DNA of 64,000 nucleotides from an uncultured delta proteobacterium (GTDB lineage Bacteria; Myxococcota; UBA727; VGSZ01): NCBI GenBank assembly GCA_963775425.1, contig CAVZJB010000003.1, positions 1 to 64,000 of the forward strand, read 5' to 3'. Shown piece by piece: positions 31,120 to 39,702 of this stretch (position 1 is its first letter; each line of letters starts with the position of its first letter). The notes under the pieces were generated by a model. It saw only the letters and a program-made list of their open reading frames with translations, ran no database searches and was not told where the DNA came from. The position numbers and the translations under genes were made by a program.

Positions 31120-32634
31120 GTGGCGATCAAGGGCACCATCTTCGTCCATCACAACGCCGCCACGCGGCAGCTCGAGGTACACGCCGTGAATCACGGCGAG
31201 TCGCCCGGCACGCTGACCCACAACATCCGCGCCACCGAGGTCGAAGCGTTCAACGAGTCGGGCGTCACGCAGCACGACAATCAGAGCTACGGCCACAACA
31301 ACCCGACGCCCGCGGGCACCGACCAAAACCCGCAGACGGCGACGATGCAGTTCCCCATCGGCGGCACGTACAAGTCCGAGGATCTCACCGGGCATCAGCG
31401 CATCCCGCGGCCGGTGACGATCCAGCCGGGCATGTGGCTGCGCGTAGGCTTCCGGCAGCGGGCGTTCGCGGCGCTGCCCATCCCGCCGCCGGGAGGCATC
31501 GTCGAGATCCCGTACGAGTCGATGAAGCCGCAGACCAACAGCTCCATGGCGAGGTCGCAGTGGGCCAGTTACTACCAGTTCCTCGGGTTCAACCCGGAGC
31601 CCATGGTGCGCAGCGGCAATCACGTGCCGCCCGCGCTGAAGGCCATGCTGGCGCAGCGCTCACCGCACGTCGTGAAGGGCAGCGTGACCATCGCCCCCGT
31701 CGCGGACGAAAAGGATCCGAGCGTGCTGCGCGGCTGGGACGTCGTCGTGAAGAACGACGCCACCGGCACGCCCAAGGAGGGTGAGACCCACGGCTTCACG
31801 GCGACCGTGGTGCTCACCGACGGCGCCGGCGTCGGCGAAAAGAACGCGGGGCTCGGGCTCGAGTCGATGCCGTGTCCGGGCGAGGGGACCGAGGCGCGGC
31901 AGCACATCGTCGCCGGCGGCAGCTACGGCGTGCAGGCGGACCCGGGCTGTCCCGTGCGCCTCGGCATCCGCGGCTATGCGTCGGCCGAGAGCACGCTCCC
32001 GCAGCTTCACGAGGGCCCGCGCACCCTCGACCTCGCTGCGTTCACGCGATCGTTTGCGGACACGCAGAGCGATTGGTTCGACGGCGACAAGCTCGGCGCC
32101 AAGCTCGGCGAGAAGAAGAACCGCGTGGACTTCTTCGCAAACGGCAAGCGCATCAACGACACGCTCCCCGACACCATCTACACCGGCAACGAGGCCGTCG
32201 AGCGCGCCGAGTTCAAACAGCCACCGAAGGTGGTGGTGAAGCGAGTAGCGGCGAGCGAGGAGCGGCCGGCGGGCTGGGAGGTGTCGGTGGAGAGCCTCTT
32301 GCCCGACGCCGACAAGCTCGGCCCGGTCGGCTTCAAGTGCAAGCCGTGGATCGACGTCGACGGCAGGCTCGTGAGTGCCCGCTGCATGACGAAGACGGCG
32401 CTCACGCCCACCAAGCGAAGCGCCACGTGGTTCATCCCCGCCGACGCCGAGGTGGGCGGCGCCGCGTTGAAGAAGGGCACGCCGCTCGTCATCGACACGG
32501 GGCCGCTCGGGTGGCGCGCCACCATCCCGCTGCCGGGCGCGCGGGAGACGTTCGACTCCACGGCAGACCCGCTTGCGACCTGGGTGCTGCGCGAGAGCGA
32601 CTACCACCGCGCCGGCCTGATCATCGGCTCGTGA
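31120..32634 (+). CDS. Hypothetical protein, three-module beta-rich family (paralogue 3)
   Basis: MAIKGTIFV..THN..YGH..LRVGFRQ..KNAGLGLESM..YGV..RLGIRGY..WFIPA..LGW. Confidence 0.85.
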   Translation: MAIKGTIFVHHNAATRQLEVHAVNHGESPGTLTHNIRATEVEAFNESGVTQHDNQSYGHNNPTPAGTDQNPQTATMQFPIGGTYKSEDLTGHQRIPRPVTIQPGMWLRVGFRQRAFAALPIPPPGGIVEIPYESMKPQTNSSMARSQWASYYQFLGFNPEPMVRSGNHVPPALKAMLAQRSPHVVKGSVTIAPVADEKDPSVLRGWDVVVKNDATGTPKEGETHGFTATVVLTDGAGVGEKNAGLGLESMPCPGEGTEARQHIVAGGSYGVQADPGCPVRLGIRGYASAESTLPQLHEGPRTLDLAAFTRSFADTQSDWFDGDKLGAKLGEKKNRVDFFANGKRINDTLPDTIYTGNEAVERAEFKQPPKVVVKRVAASEERPAGWEVSVESLLPDADKLGPVGFKCKPWIDVDGRLVSARCMTKTALTPTKRSATWFIPADAEVGGAALKKGTPLVIDTGPLGWRATIPLPGARETFDSTADPLATWVLRESDYHRAGLIIGS

Positions 32635-32984
32635 GCGACGCCGAGGCCCTCGTCGACACCGTCCTGGCCGCGTTTTTCGCGAAGCTCCTCGCGGGCTATG
32701 CGACGTGGCCGAAGAAGCTCGTCGGCGCGCACGTCTACTTCGTCGTCGACGCTGGCGGCGAGCGCGTCTCGCGCACGCTCCGCTGCGAAGCCGACAAGCC
32801 GCGCTTGTTTCGCGGCGTGGAGGCGCCGGGTACGAACCCCGCGTTCATCTCGTTTCTGCTCACGATCCCGCAGCTCTACAAGCTGATGACGTCGACGGAC
32901 GCGAGCACCGACATCGTCGCCGACGGCAACGAGCCCGCGCTCCTGCAGGCGGTGGCCGCTGCGCTCAGCGCCGCCGGGCGATAG
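32631..32984 (+). CDS. Small protein, possibly SCP2-like fold
   Basis: GTGA overlap; helix then VYFVV..beta strands..FLLTIPQLYKLM..ADGN pattern. Confidence 0.55.
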   Translation: MSDAEALVDTVLAAFFAKLLAGYATWPKKLVGAHVYFVVDAGGERVSRTLRCEADKPRLFRGVEAPGTNPAFISFLLTIPQLYKLMTSTDASTDIVADGNEPALLQAVAAALSAAGR

Positions 32985-33033
32985 GACCTCGTTTCGGCCA
33001 GGGACACCCTCGCGGCCGTGGTAGCCTCGTCCC

Positions 33034-34620
33034 ATGAAGCCGCTCGGGGGCACGCGCGTCGCGCGATCGACATCGACGGCGGCGTCAAAGAAGTCCGCCG
33101 CACCAAAGCTCACCAGCGGGGGCAAGAGCGGCGGTGCGTTCGCCGGTACGTCGTCGCTGGTGGCCGAGCGGCCCTCGGGGGGCACCTCGCGCGGCGCCGC
33201 GGTGATGCTGCGCGTGAGCGCGGGCGGGTCGGTGACGACGCTGGCGCAGCACCTCGCGGCGCTGGTGCCGCCGCGCCGGGACCTCACCGTCCTCGAGCTC
33301 GGCCCCCGCGGATCGACGGAAGCCTATGCGCGCGCGCGAGGGCAGGTGACCGCGTTCGTCGACGGTGCCGACGACGCCGCGGCGCTCGACGCGAAGGCCG
33401 CTTACCACCACGTCGAGGTGCGCGGGGGGGCGGAGCTCGGGGCTCTCGGCGTGAACGCCGGCCGCTTCAATCTCGTCGTCGCGCGCGCCGTCGACGTCGC
33501 GCACGCGGGCGACGCTGCACGGCTCACGGCGTCGCTCGCGCCCGGTGGCAGCCTCGTCGTGCAAACGTCCGGCAAGCGCTTGCCGCGCGCGCTCGTCGCC
33601 GCCGCCGAAGCCGACGGCCTCGTCCTCGGCAAGCCCGTCCGCATTGACGGTGGCTTCACCTTCGCGTTGAAGAAGCCGGGCGCACGACCGCCGCTGCCGG
33701 TCGATCGCACGGCTTGCGTCGATCGTGCGCGCGTCGCCGCGTTGATCGACGCACCGCTCGTCGAGGGGCCCGCGCGCATGACCGTCGTCGACGACGCCGA
33801 TCCGACGCTGCGCCGGCAGCTCGATACGCTCATCGACGGCCTCGCTGCCGGCGCCCTCGATCCTGCGGATCTCGTCTTCCCGGATCGCGTCGCAGCGAGC
33901 GCCGTTGAAGGCGCGCCCGGCGTCGACTGCCTCGTCGTCTTCGCCCATCCCGACGACGAGAGCGGGTACGCGGCCGGCGCGCTGGCGGGCATTACTGCGC
34001 AGGGGAAGCGCGTGCACTACGCCGTGGCCACCGATGGCGGCGGCGGCCTCGGCGGCAGCGGAGCCGACCTCGCTGCGACCCGCCTGCACGAGCTCGATGG
34101 CGCGGCACAGGCGCTGGGCATCGGCGCGATCAGCGTGCTCGGGCTCGATGACGCCGGCATGTACACCGACGATCACCGCGCCGTCCCCGTCACCGCCGCC
34201 GACGCGCTCGCGCTGTGGGGAGTCGACGCCGCGCTCGAGAAGCTCGTGCGCGCGATCCGTGAGCAACGGCCGCGCGCGATCCTCGGCTTCGATCCCACGC
34301 GCGATCCCGACTGGGGCCTGCACGGCCACCACCTCGCGATGGGCCTCGCGACCGCGGTCGCGGTTCACCTCGCCGCCGACCCGCGCGCGTTCCCCGAACA
34401 GGGCCTCGCTCCGTGGAGCGTCGCGGAGCAGTGGGCCGTGGTGCCGCCGGGATCACGCGGCGGTCGTCAAGTGACGGTCGACGTCGACGCCGCGAAGAAG
34501 CGCGCGGCGCTCGCTGCGCACCACACGCAGTCTTTTTCGCTCGACGGCAAGCTCGCGCAGCCCGGCGGGACGGAGCGCTGGCACCTGTTCCAGGCGCGCG
34601 TCGCACCGACGTTGTTCTGA
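33034..34620 (+). CDS. Degenerate methyltransferase + PIG-L deacetylase (paralogue of the N-terminal part of the 2342 fusion)
   Basis: VLELGP, LAPGG, DRTACVDRAR, AHPDDE, ATDGGGG, LHGHHLA, SFSL shared with the 2342 protein. Confidence 0.85.
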   Translation: MKPLGGTRVARSTSTAASKKSAAPKLTSGGKSGGAFAGTSSLVAERPSGGTSRGAAVMLRVSAGGSVTTLAQHLAALVPPRRDLTVLELGPRGSTEAYARARGQVTAFVDGADDAAALDAKAAYHHVEVRGGAELGALGVNAGRFNLVVARAVDVAHAGDAARLTASLAPGGSLVVQTSGKRLPRALVAAAEADGLVLGKPVRIDGGFTFALKKPGARPPLPVDRTACVDRARVAALIDAPLVEGPARMTVVDDADPTLRRQLDTLIDGLAAGALDPADLVFPDRVAASAVEGAPGVDCLVVFAHPDDESGYAAGALAGITAQGKRVHYAVATDGGGGLGGSGADLAATRLHELDGAAQALGIGAISVLGLDDAGMYTDDHRAVPVTAADALALWGVDAALEKLVRAIREQRPRAILGFDPTRDPDWGLHGHHLAMGLATAVAVHLAADPRAFPEQGLAPWSVAEQWAVVPPGSRGGRQVTVDVDAAKKRAALAAHHTQSFSLDGKLAQPGGTERWHLFQARVAPTLF

Positions 34621-34753
34621 GGCTCGCGCGCTTCGCCGCGGCGTCGTTGCGCGACCGCCGGGCGACGTCCGCCGAAGCGCCATGACTGTCTCCGCTTGAG
34701 GCGAGCCTTTCGGCCGGCGGCGCCATCGGACGAACCGCCGGTAGGCTGCCGGG

Positions 34754-35680
34754 ATGCACTCGATCGCTCGTCCCGCGCTCGCGCTCCTGGCCCTGTCGCC
34801 CCTTGTCGCGTCCGTCGGCGCGTGCTTCAGCGGCGGCGACGCCCACATCAAGCTCACGAAGGGGGACAAGACCGAGGAGCTCGACCTCGGCGTCACCGAT
34901 CCCCTCACCGGCGACGCGATGACGCCGCTCGCCACCGGCGACGGCCTCTCTCTGCCGTATTCCTACAACGGCCACAGCGACATCCTCGACAGCGACCAAC
35001 CCACCGTGACGCTGTTGCCGTCGACGTTGAGCGTGGGCCTGGTGCCCGGCCTTCTCTCCTTCGATCATCTGGGCACGGCCATCGCGCCGCTCACCTTCAG
35101 CTACTACGTGGACTCCATCCACTTCACGGGCGACGGCGCACATCCCTTCGAGCTGCGCGGCCACGCAGGCGACGCGCAGGCGGAGGACCGGAGCGGCATC
35201 AAGGTGGAGGCGCTCGACTTCCACGCGGTCGCGACGTGTGAGGCGCTCCTCTCGGACCAGAGCGTCCTGTGCGGCTTCAGCGTGCTGCGCAGCGACTACC
35301 CTCCCTACACCGTGTCTCTACCCGCGGCACAGGGCGATTGCGCACCCGAGATCGCGAAGGCCGTGGTGGGTGGTGACGGCGCCGTCGCCCATGTCGACAT
35401 CAACGGCAGCGTGACCGTGGACGGCGCCTCCATCCCCATGGCGTGCACGCACCTCCTCGGCGACAACGACCTGCGCTCCTGCGGTGGCGAGAACGAGCTC
35501 GATGCCGGCGGCTGCCATTGGAAGGTCTTCGCCGAGGCGTACCCGAGCTTCGACCCCAGCGACCAGAGCGCGCACGTCCTCGTCAACTTCGGCGCCACCA
35601 CCGACGATGACAAGTGCGCGGCGGCGAGCTTCTGCAACGGCAGCACGAACGGGATCTCGCAGGACGGCTCAAAGACGTGA
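34754..35680 (+). CDS. Putative lipoprotein, Cys-rich
   Basis: Hydrophobic N-terminus ending VGAC; multiple Cys. Confidence 0.72.
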   Translation: MHSIARPALALLALSPLVASVGACFSGGDAHIKLTKGDKTEELDLGVTDPLTGDAMTPLATGDGLSLPYSYNGHSDILDSDQPTVTLLPSTLSVGLVPGLLSFDHLGTAIAPLTFSYYVDSIHFTGDGAHPFELRGHAGDAQAEDRSGIKVEALDFHAVATCEALLSDQSVLCGFSVLRSDYPPYTVSLPAAQGDCAPEIAKAVVGGDGAVAHVDINGSVTVDGASIPMACTHLLGDNDLRSCGGENELDAGGCHWKVFAEAYPSFDPSDQSAHVLVNFGATTDDDKCAAASFCNGSTNGISQDGSKT

Positions 35681-35747
35681 GGCGCCCCCTTCGACGACGA
35701 TAGTCGGCACCAGAGTCCGGCCGGGTCTCACGCGACGCGAACGAGCA

Positions 35748-36071
35748 TCACGTGCTCCGAACGTCGTCCAGCCGCCCCAACGTGCTCTCGAGCGATCGCG
35801 TCAACTTCTCGGCCGCACCATCGATGGCGTCGCCCAGGTTCGAGGCCTGGTGGGTGACGGCGGTGGGCTGGCGACCCTCGAGGCGAACCTCCATCATGCA
35901 GCGCTTGTCGTCCGGGCCGGTCTTGTCGCTGTTCTGGTCGCTGAGGTGGACCTCTACCCGCGTGATCCAATCGCTGAATCGGCTGAGGGCTCCCTCCACC
36001 ACACCCTTGACGTAGACGGCGAGCTCTTCGCGGCCTCTGACGTTGCTGTCCGTGTTGACCTGGATGTGCAT
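35748..36071 (-). CDS. HPF/RaiA-family ribosome-associated protein
   Basis: MHIQVNTD..ALSRFSDWITRVEVHLSD..DKRCMMEVRL..AIDGAAEKL; GAGGAG SD. Confidence 0.88.
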   Translation of the reverse strand: MHIQVNTDSNVRGREELAVYVKGVVEGALSRFSDWITRVEVHLSDQNSDKTGPDDKRCMMEVRLEGRQPTAVTHQASNLGDAIDGAAEKLTRSLESTLGRLDDVRST

Positions 36072-36159
36072 CGCGCTCTCCTCGGTGGTCCATGGCTCGT
36101 TCGCTGCGCTGCACGAAGCGAGCCGGCGCGAGTCCCGCGGCTCGGTCCGGCCGCGCCGG

Positions 36160-36740
36160 ACATCGTGGGGCCCGACGATTGGATCCTCTTCACGGTCCAG
36201 ACGAACACGAACGACTGCTTCAAGGTGCGCACCGACAAGATCCGATCCGATGGCAGCGACCGTACGCAGCTCAGCGACGGGGGCCCGAGCTGCACGCCGC
36301 AGGGCTTCGAGCAGTCGGGTGACGCGGACCCGTGCTGGAGCGCGGACGGAACGACGCTCTACACGTCACGCGGCATCCCGTCGGAGCCAAACGACGCGCC
36401 CGCGGGGGTGGGAATCACCGAGCGCAAGCTCGTGTCGTTCTCGAGCGATGCATGGTCCCCGCAGAGCGTCGAGACGGACCTCTCGCTCGCCGCCGCCCCC
36501 GACTGCATCGAAGGCGTCCCGAAGGCGTCACCGGACGGCGAGCACCTCCTCGTCTACCGTGTGTGCTTCGGCGCCGACGGCCAGCCCGACGAGCCCGGCG
36601 TCTATCTCGCTGACACCGACGGCAAGACGCGCAGCTTCGCGTTCGCGGGCTTCGGCGCAGATTGCAACCCGGTCGCGCCGGTGCCTTCGCGACGGCCGCG
36701 CTCTCCGCGGCGGTGCGGTCGACCACGGCGCGGCGCATGA
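36160..36740 (+). pseudogene. TolB/PD40-type beta-propeller fragment lacking its N-terminus
   Basis: DWILFT..SDGSDRTQL, DPCWSADG, PKASPDG, VYLADTDG; no start codon. Confidence 0.6.
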
Positions 36741-36874
36741 CCCGAACGCTGGCGTCGCGGCGACGACGCTCGCGGCCACGAAGATCGTGTGTCGCCCGCC
36801 GGAAACGCCGCCGGCGCGCGCAGCGCCTGGTACGTTTCGTGCCGCGCCGGTGCTCCTCGCGCTAGCCTGGGTGC

Positions 36875-37609
36875 ATGACCATCGAGCGACGGCGGCATCT
36901 CCGGGTCCTCGTGCCCGGTGCCTATTGCGAGCTCCTCGTCGGCGCCGCGACCGTCGGCCTCGTCTCGATCGAAGACGTCTCCGACTCCGGCGTCTTCGTG
37001 GCCGTTCCGCGGCCGAGCATCCCCGAGCGCACCGCGGTGCAATTGCGCTTCATCGAGGAGAAGACGCCGTTCGTCGTCGACGGCACCATCGCGCAGGTCG
37101 TCCGCGCCGACAGCGGTCGCACGCCGGGCTACGGCATCGAGCTCAGGTCACCACCGGCCGACACCGTCGAGCGCGTCGTCTCCGTGCGCAAAAGCCCCGC
37201 GACGCCGGCCGCGGCGGCGCCGCCCGCTGCGCTCTCCGCGGTGATCCTCGGCCCCACCAACGGCCAGGGCCCCGCCATGGCGCAGGCGCTCTCGCTCTTC
37301 GGCATCGAGACGCTGTTCGCCGTCGATCCCAAGGTGGCGCTCGCGTCGATGGCGCCGCGCGTGCGCATCGTCCTCGTCGAGCTTCGCCTCCTCGAGGTCG
37401 CCACCGGCGTGGCGCTCACGCACCTGCGCGCCGCCGCACCCAAGGCGCGCCTCATGGTCGCCGTCGAGAGGCTCCCCGACGTGGACGCACGCGCGCAGCT
37501 CCTGCGCCAGGGTGCCGACGAGCTGCTCCTGCTGCCCTACGACCCGTTCAGCGTGATGGGGAAGATGCACGCCGTCGCCCGACGCCAAGGCTCGCTCGGC
37601 CGGCGCTGA
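36875..37609 (+). CDS. PilZ domain + degenerate receiver domain protein
   Basis: ERRRHLR...DVSDSGVFV (RxxxR, DxSxxG); C-terminal GADELLLLPYD. Confidence 0.8.
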   Translation: MTIERRRHLRVLVPGAYCELLVGAATVGLVSIEDVSDSGVFVAVPRPSIPERTAVQLRFIEEKTPFVVDGTIAQVVRADSGRTPGYGIELRSPPADTVERVVSVRKSPATPAAAAPPAALSAVILGPTNGQGPAMAQALSLFGIETLFAVDPKVALASMAPRVRIVLVELRLLEVATGVALTHLRAAAPKARLMVAVERLPDVDARAQLLRQGADELLLLPYDPFSVMGKMHAVARRQGSLGRR

Positions 37610-37665
37610 GCGCGCGCATCGTGCCCGCGGCGAGCGAGAAGCCGGAGCCTCCGTGCTGACGGAGC

Positions 37666-39702
37666 TCAGACCCGGCCGGGCCTGTCCCCGAACGCGGACG
37701 TCGGGGTGGCCGTCGCAAGCGCCACCGGCGCTTCCGGCACGACGCCTCCGCTGAATTGCGCGGCGTAGAGCGCGGCGTATGCACCGCCTCGCTCGAGCAA
37801 TTGGGAGTGGTTCCCCTGTTCGACGATGCGGCCGTGCTCCATGACGAGGATGAGGTCGGCGTCGCGAATTGTGGAGAGGCGATGGGCGATGACGAAGCTG
37901 GTCCGCTCGGCGCGAAGCGCCGACATCGCGTGCTGCACGAGCAGCTCGGTGCGCGTGTCGACCGAGCTGGTGGCCTCGTCGAGGATCAGCAACGCAGGGT
38001 TCGCCAGGAACGCGCGGGCGATGGTGATGAGCTGCTTCTCCCCGGCGCTGACGCTGCCGCTCTCGTCGTCGATCACCGTGTCGTAGCCCGCGGGGAGCGT
38101 GTTGACGAAACGATCGACGAAGGTCGCCTTGGCCGCGGCGACGATGGCGTCCTCGCCCGCGGTGGGGTGCCCGTAGGCGATGTTCTCCCGGATGGTGCCG
38201 CGGAAGAGCCAGGTGTCCTGGAGCACCATGCCGATCTGCGAGCGCAGGTCCTCGCGGCGTAGCTTGGTGATGTCGACGCCGTCGAGCGTGATCCGCCCGC
38301 CGTCGACGTCGTAGAAGCGCATGATCAAGTTGATGAGCGTGGTCTTGCCCGCGCCGGTGGGCCCCACGATGGCGACCGTGTGACCGGGCTCCACGTGAAA
38401 GCTCACATCGTCGAGCAGCGGCTCGTCTTCGCTGTAGCGGAAGGAGACGTGCTCGAAGGCGACGCGGCCCTGGGTGACGGCGGAGCGTGCGGCGAGCCCA
38501 TCCTCGGCGGGCTCCTCCTCCGCGTCGAGCAGCTCGAACACGCGCTCCGCCGACGCCACGCCCGACTGCAGTTGGTTCACCATGGACGCGAGCTGCGTGA
38601 CGGGCCTCGTGAAGTTCCGCGAGTACTGGATGAACGCCTGGACGTCGCCCAGGGTCATGGTGCCGCGGGCCACGCGGAGGGCGCCGACGACGGCGATGGC
38701 GACGTAGTTGAGGTTCCCGATGAACATGGCGCTGGGCATGATCAGGCCCGAGAGGAACTGCGCCCGGAAGCTCGCCGCGAAGAGCTCGTCGTTCTCGCGT
38801 TGGAACGTGGCGCGCACCTCACGCTGACGACCGAACACCTTGACGAGCGCGTGACCGGTGAAGGCCTCTTCGACGACGCCGTTCAAGCTGCCTGTGCGAC
38901 GCCACTGGGTGATGAAGCTCTTTTGCGAACGCTTCATGACCACGCCGGCGCCGAGCATGGTCACCGGGATGGTCACGAGCGCGATGAGCGCGAGGACCGG
39001 TGAGACGTAGAACATCATCCCGATGACGAAGACCACGGTGAGCGCCGACGTCAAAAGTTGGCTCATGGTCTGCTGAAGGCTCTGGGACACGTTGTCGATG
39101 TCGTTGGTGACGCGGCTCAACAGCTCGCCGCGCGGCTGGCGATCGAAGTAGCGCAACGGCAACTGATTCAGCTTGTCCTCGACCTCGGCGCGCATGCGCC
39201 GCACGGTGTGCTGCACCACGTCGTTGAGCAGGTACCCCTGGAAGAACGCGAGCAACGACGATGCGACGTACAGGCCGAGCGCGGCGAGGAGCACCACGGC
39301 GAGCGCGTGGAAGTCGATGCCGTGGCCGGGGACGAGGTCGACGCCGCTCATCATGTCGGCGACGCGCTCTTGTCCGCGGGAGCGCACGGCCTCGATGGCC
39401 TGCGCTTTGGAGAGCCCTGCGGGCAGGTTCTTGCCGAGGACGCCGGCGAAGATGAGATCGGTGGCGCGCCCGAGGATCTTCGGACCGACGGCGGAGAGCG
39501 CGACGCTGATGACGCCGGCGCCGATGACGGCCGCGACCTTCACGCGTTCGGGCCGCAGGCGCTTCACGAGCCGCCTGAGCGAGCGGCCGAGCTGCAGCGG
39601 CTTCTGGCCGACCATGCCGCCGCCGAAGGGACCGCCGCGGCCCGGGCCTCCCTGCCCGACGACGCGCTCGGTCGCCTTCATGGTCTTGCTCTTGTCGCTC
39701 AC
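37666..39702 (-). CDS. Heterodimeric ABC exporter, permease/ATPase subunit
   Basis: GPTGAGKT, SAGEKQ, LILDEATSS, IAHRLST; TM domain. Confidence 0.93.
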   Translation of the reverse strand: MSDKSKTMKATERVVGQGGPGRGGPFGGGMVGQKPLQLGRSLRRLVKRLRPERVKVAAVIGAGVISVALSAVGPKILGRATDLIFAGVLGKNLPAGLSKAQAIEAVRSRGQERVADMMSGVDLVPGHGIDFHALAVVLLAALGLYVASSLLAFFQGYLLNDVVQHTVRRMRAEVEDKLNQLPLRYFDRQPRGELLSRVTNDIDNVSQSLQQTMSQLLTSALTVVFVIGMMFYVSPVLALIALVTIPVTMLGAGVVMKRSQKSFITQWRRTGSLNGVVEEAFTGHALVKVFGRQREVRATFQRENDELFAASFRAQFLSGLIMPSAMFIGNLNYVAIAVVGALRVARGTMTLGDVQAFIQYSRNFTRPVTQLASMVNQLQSGVASAERVFELLDAEEEPAEDGLAARSAVTQGRVAFEHVSFRYSEDEPLLDDVSFHVEPGHTVAIVGPTGAGKTTLINLIMRFYDVDGGRITLDGVDITKLRREDLRSQIGMVLQDTWLFRGTIRENIAYGHPTAGEDAIVAAAKATFVDRFVNTLPAGYDTVIDDESGSVSAGEKQLITIARAFLANPALLILDEATSSVDTRTELLVQHAMSALRAERTSFVIAHRLSTIRDADLILVMEHGRIVEQGNHSQLLERGGAYAALYAAQFSGGVVPEAPVALATATPTSAFGDRPGRV

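Noticed and set aside
7425-32634. Beta-module paralogues as phage tail or contractile injection system parts
   Set aside because: No recognisable sheath, tube, baseplate, VgrG or PAAR genes in the window.
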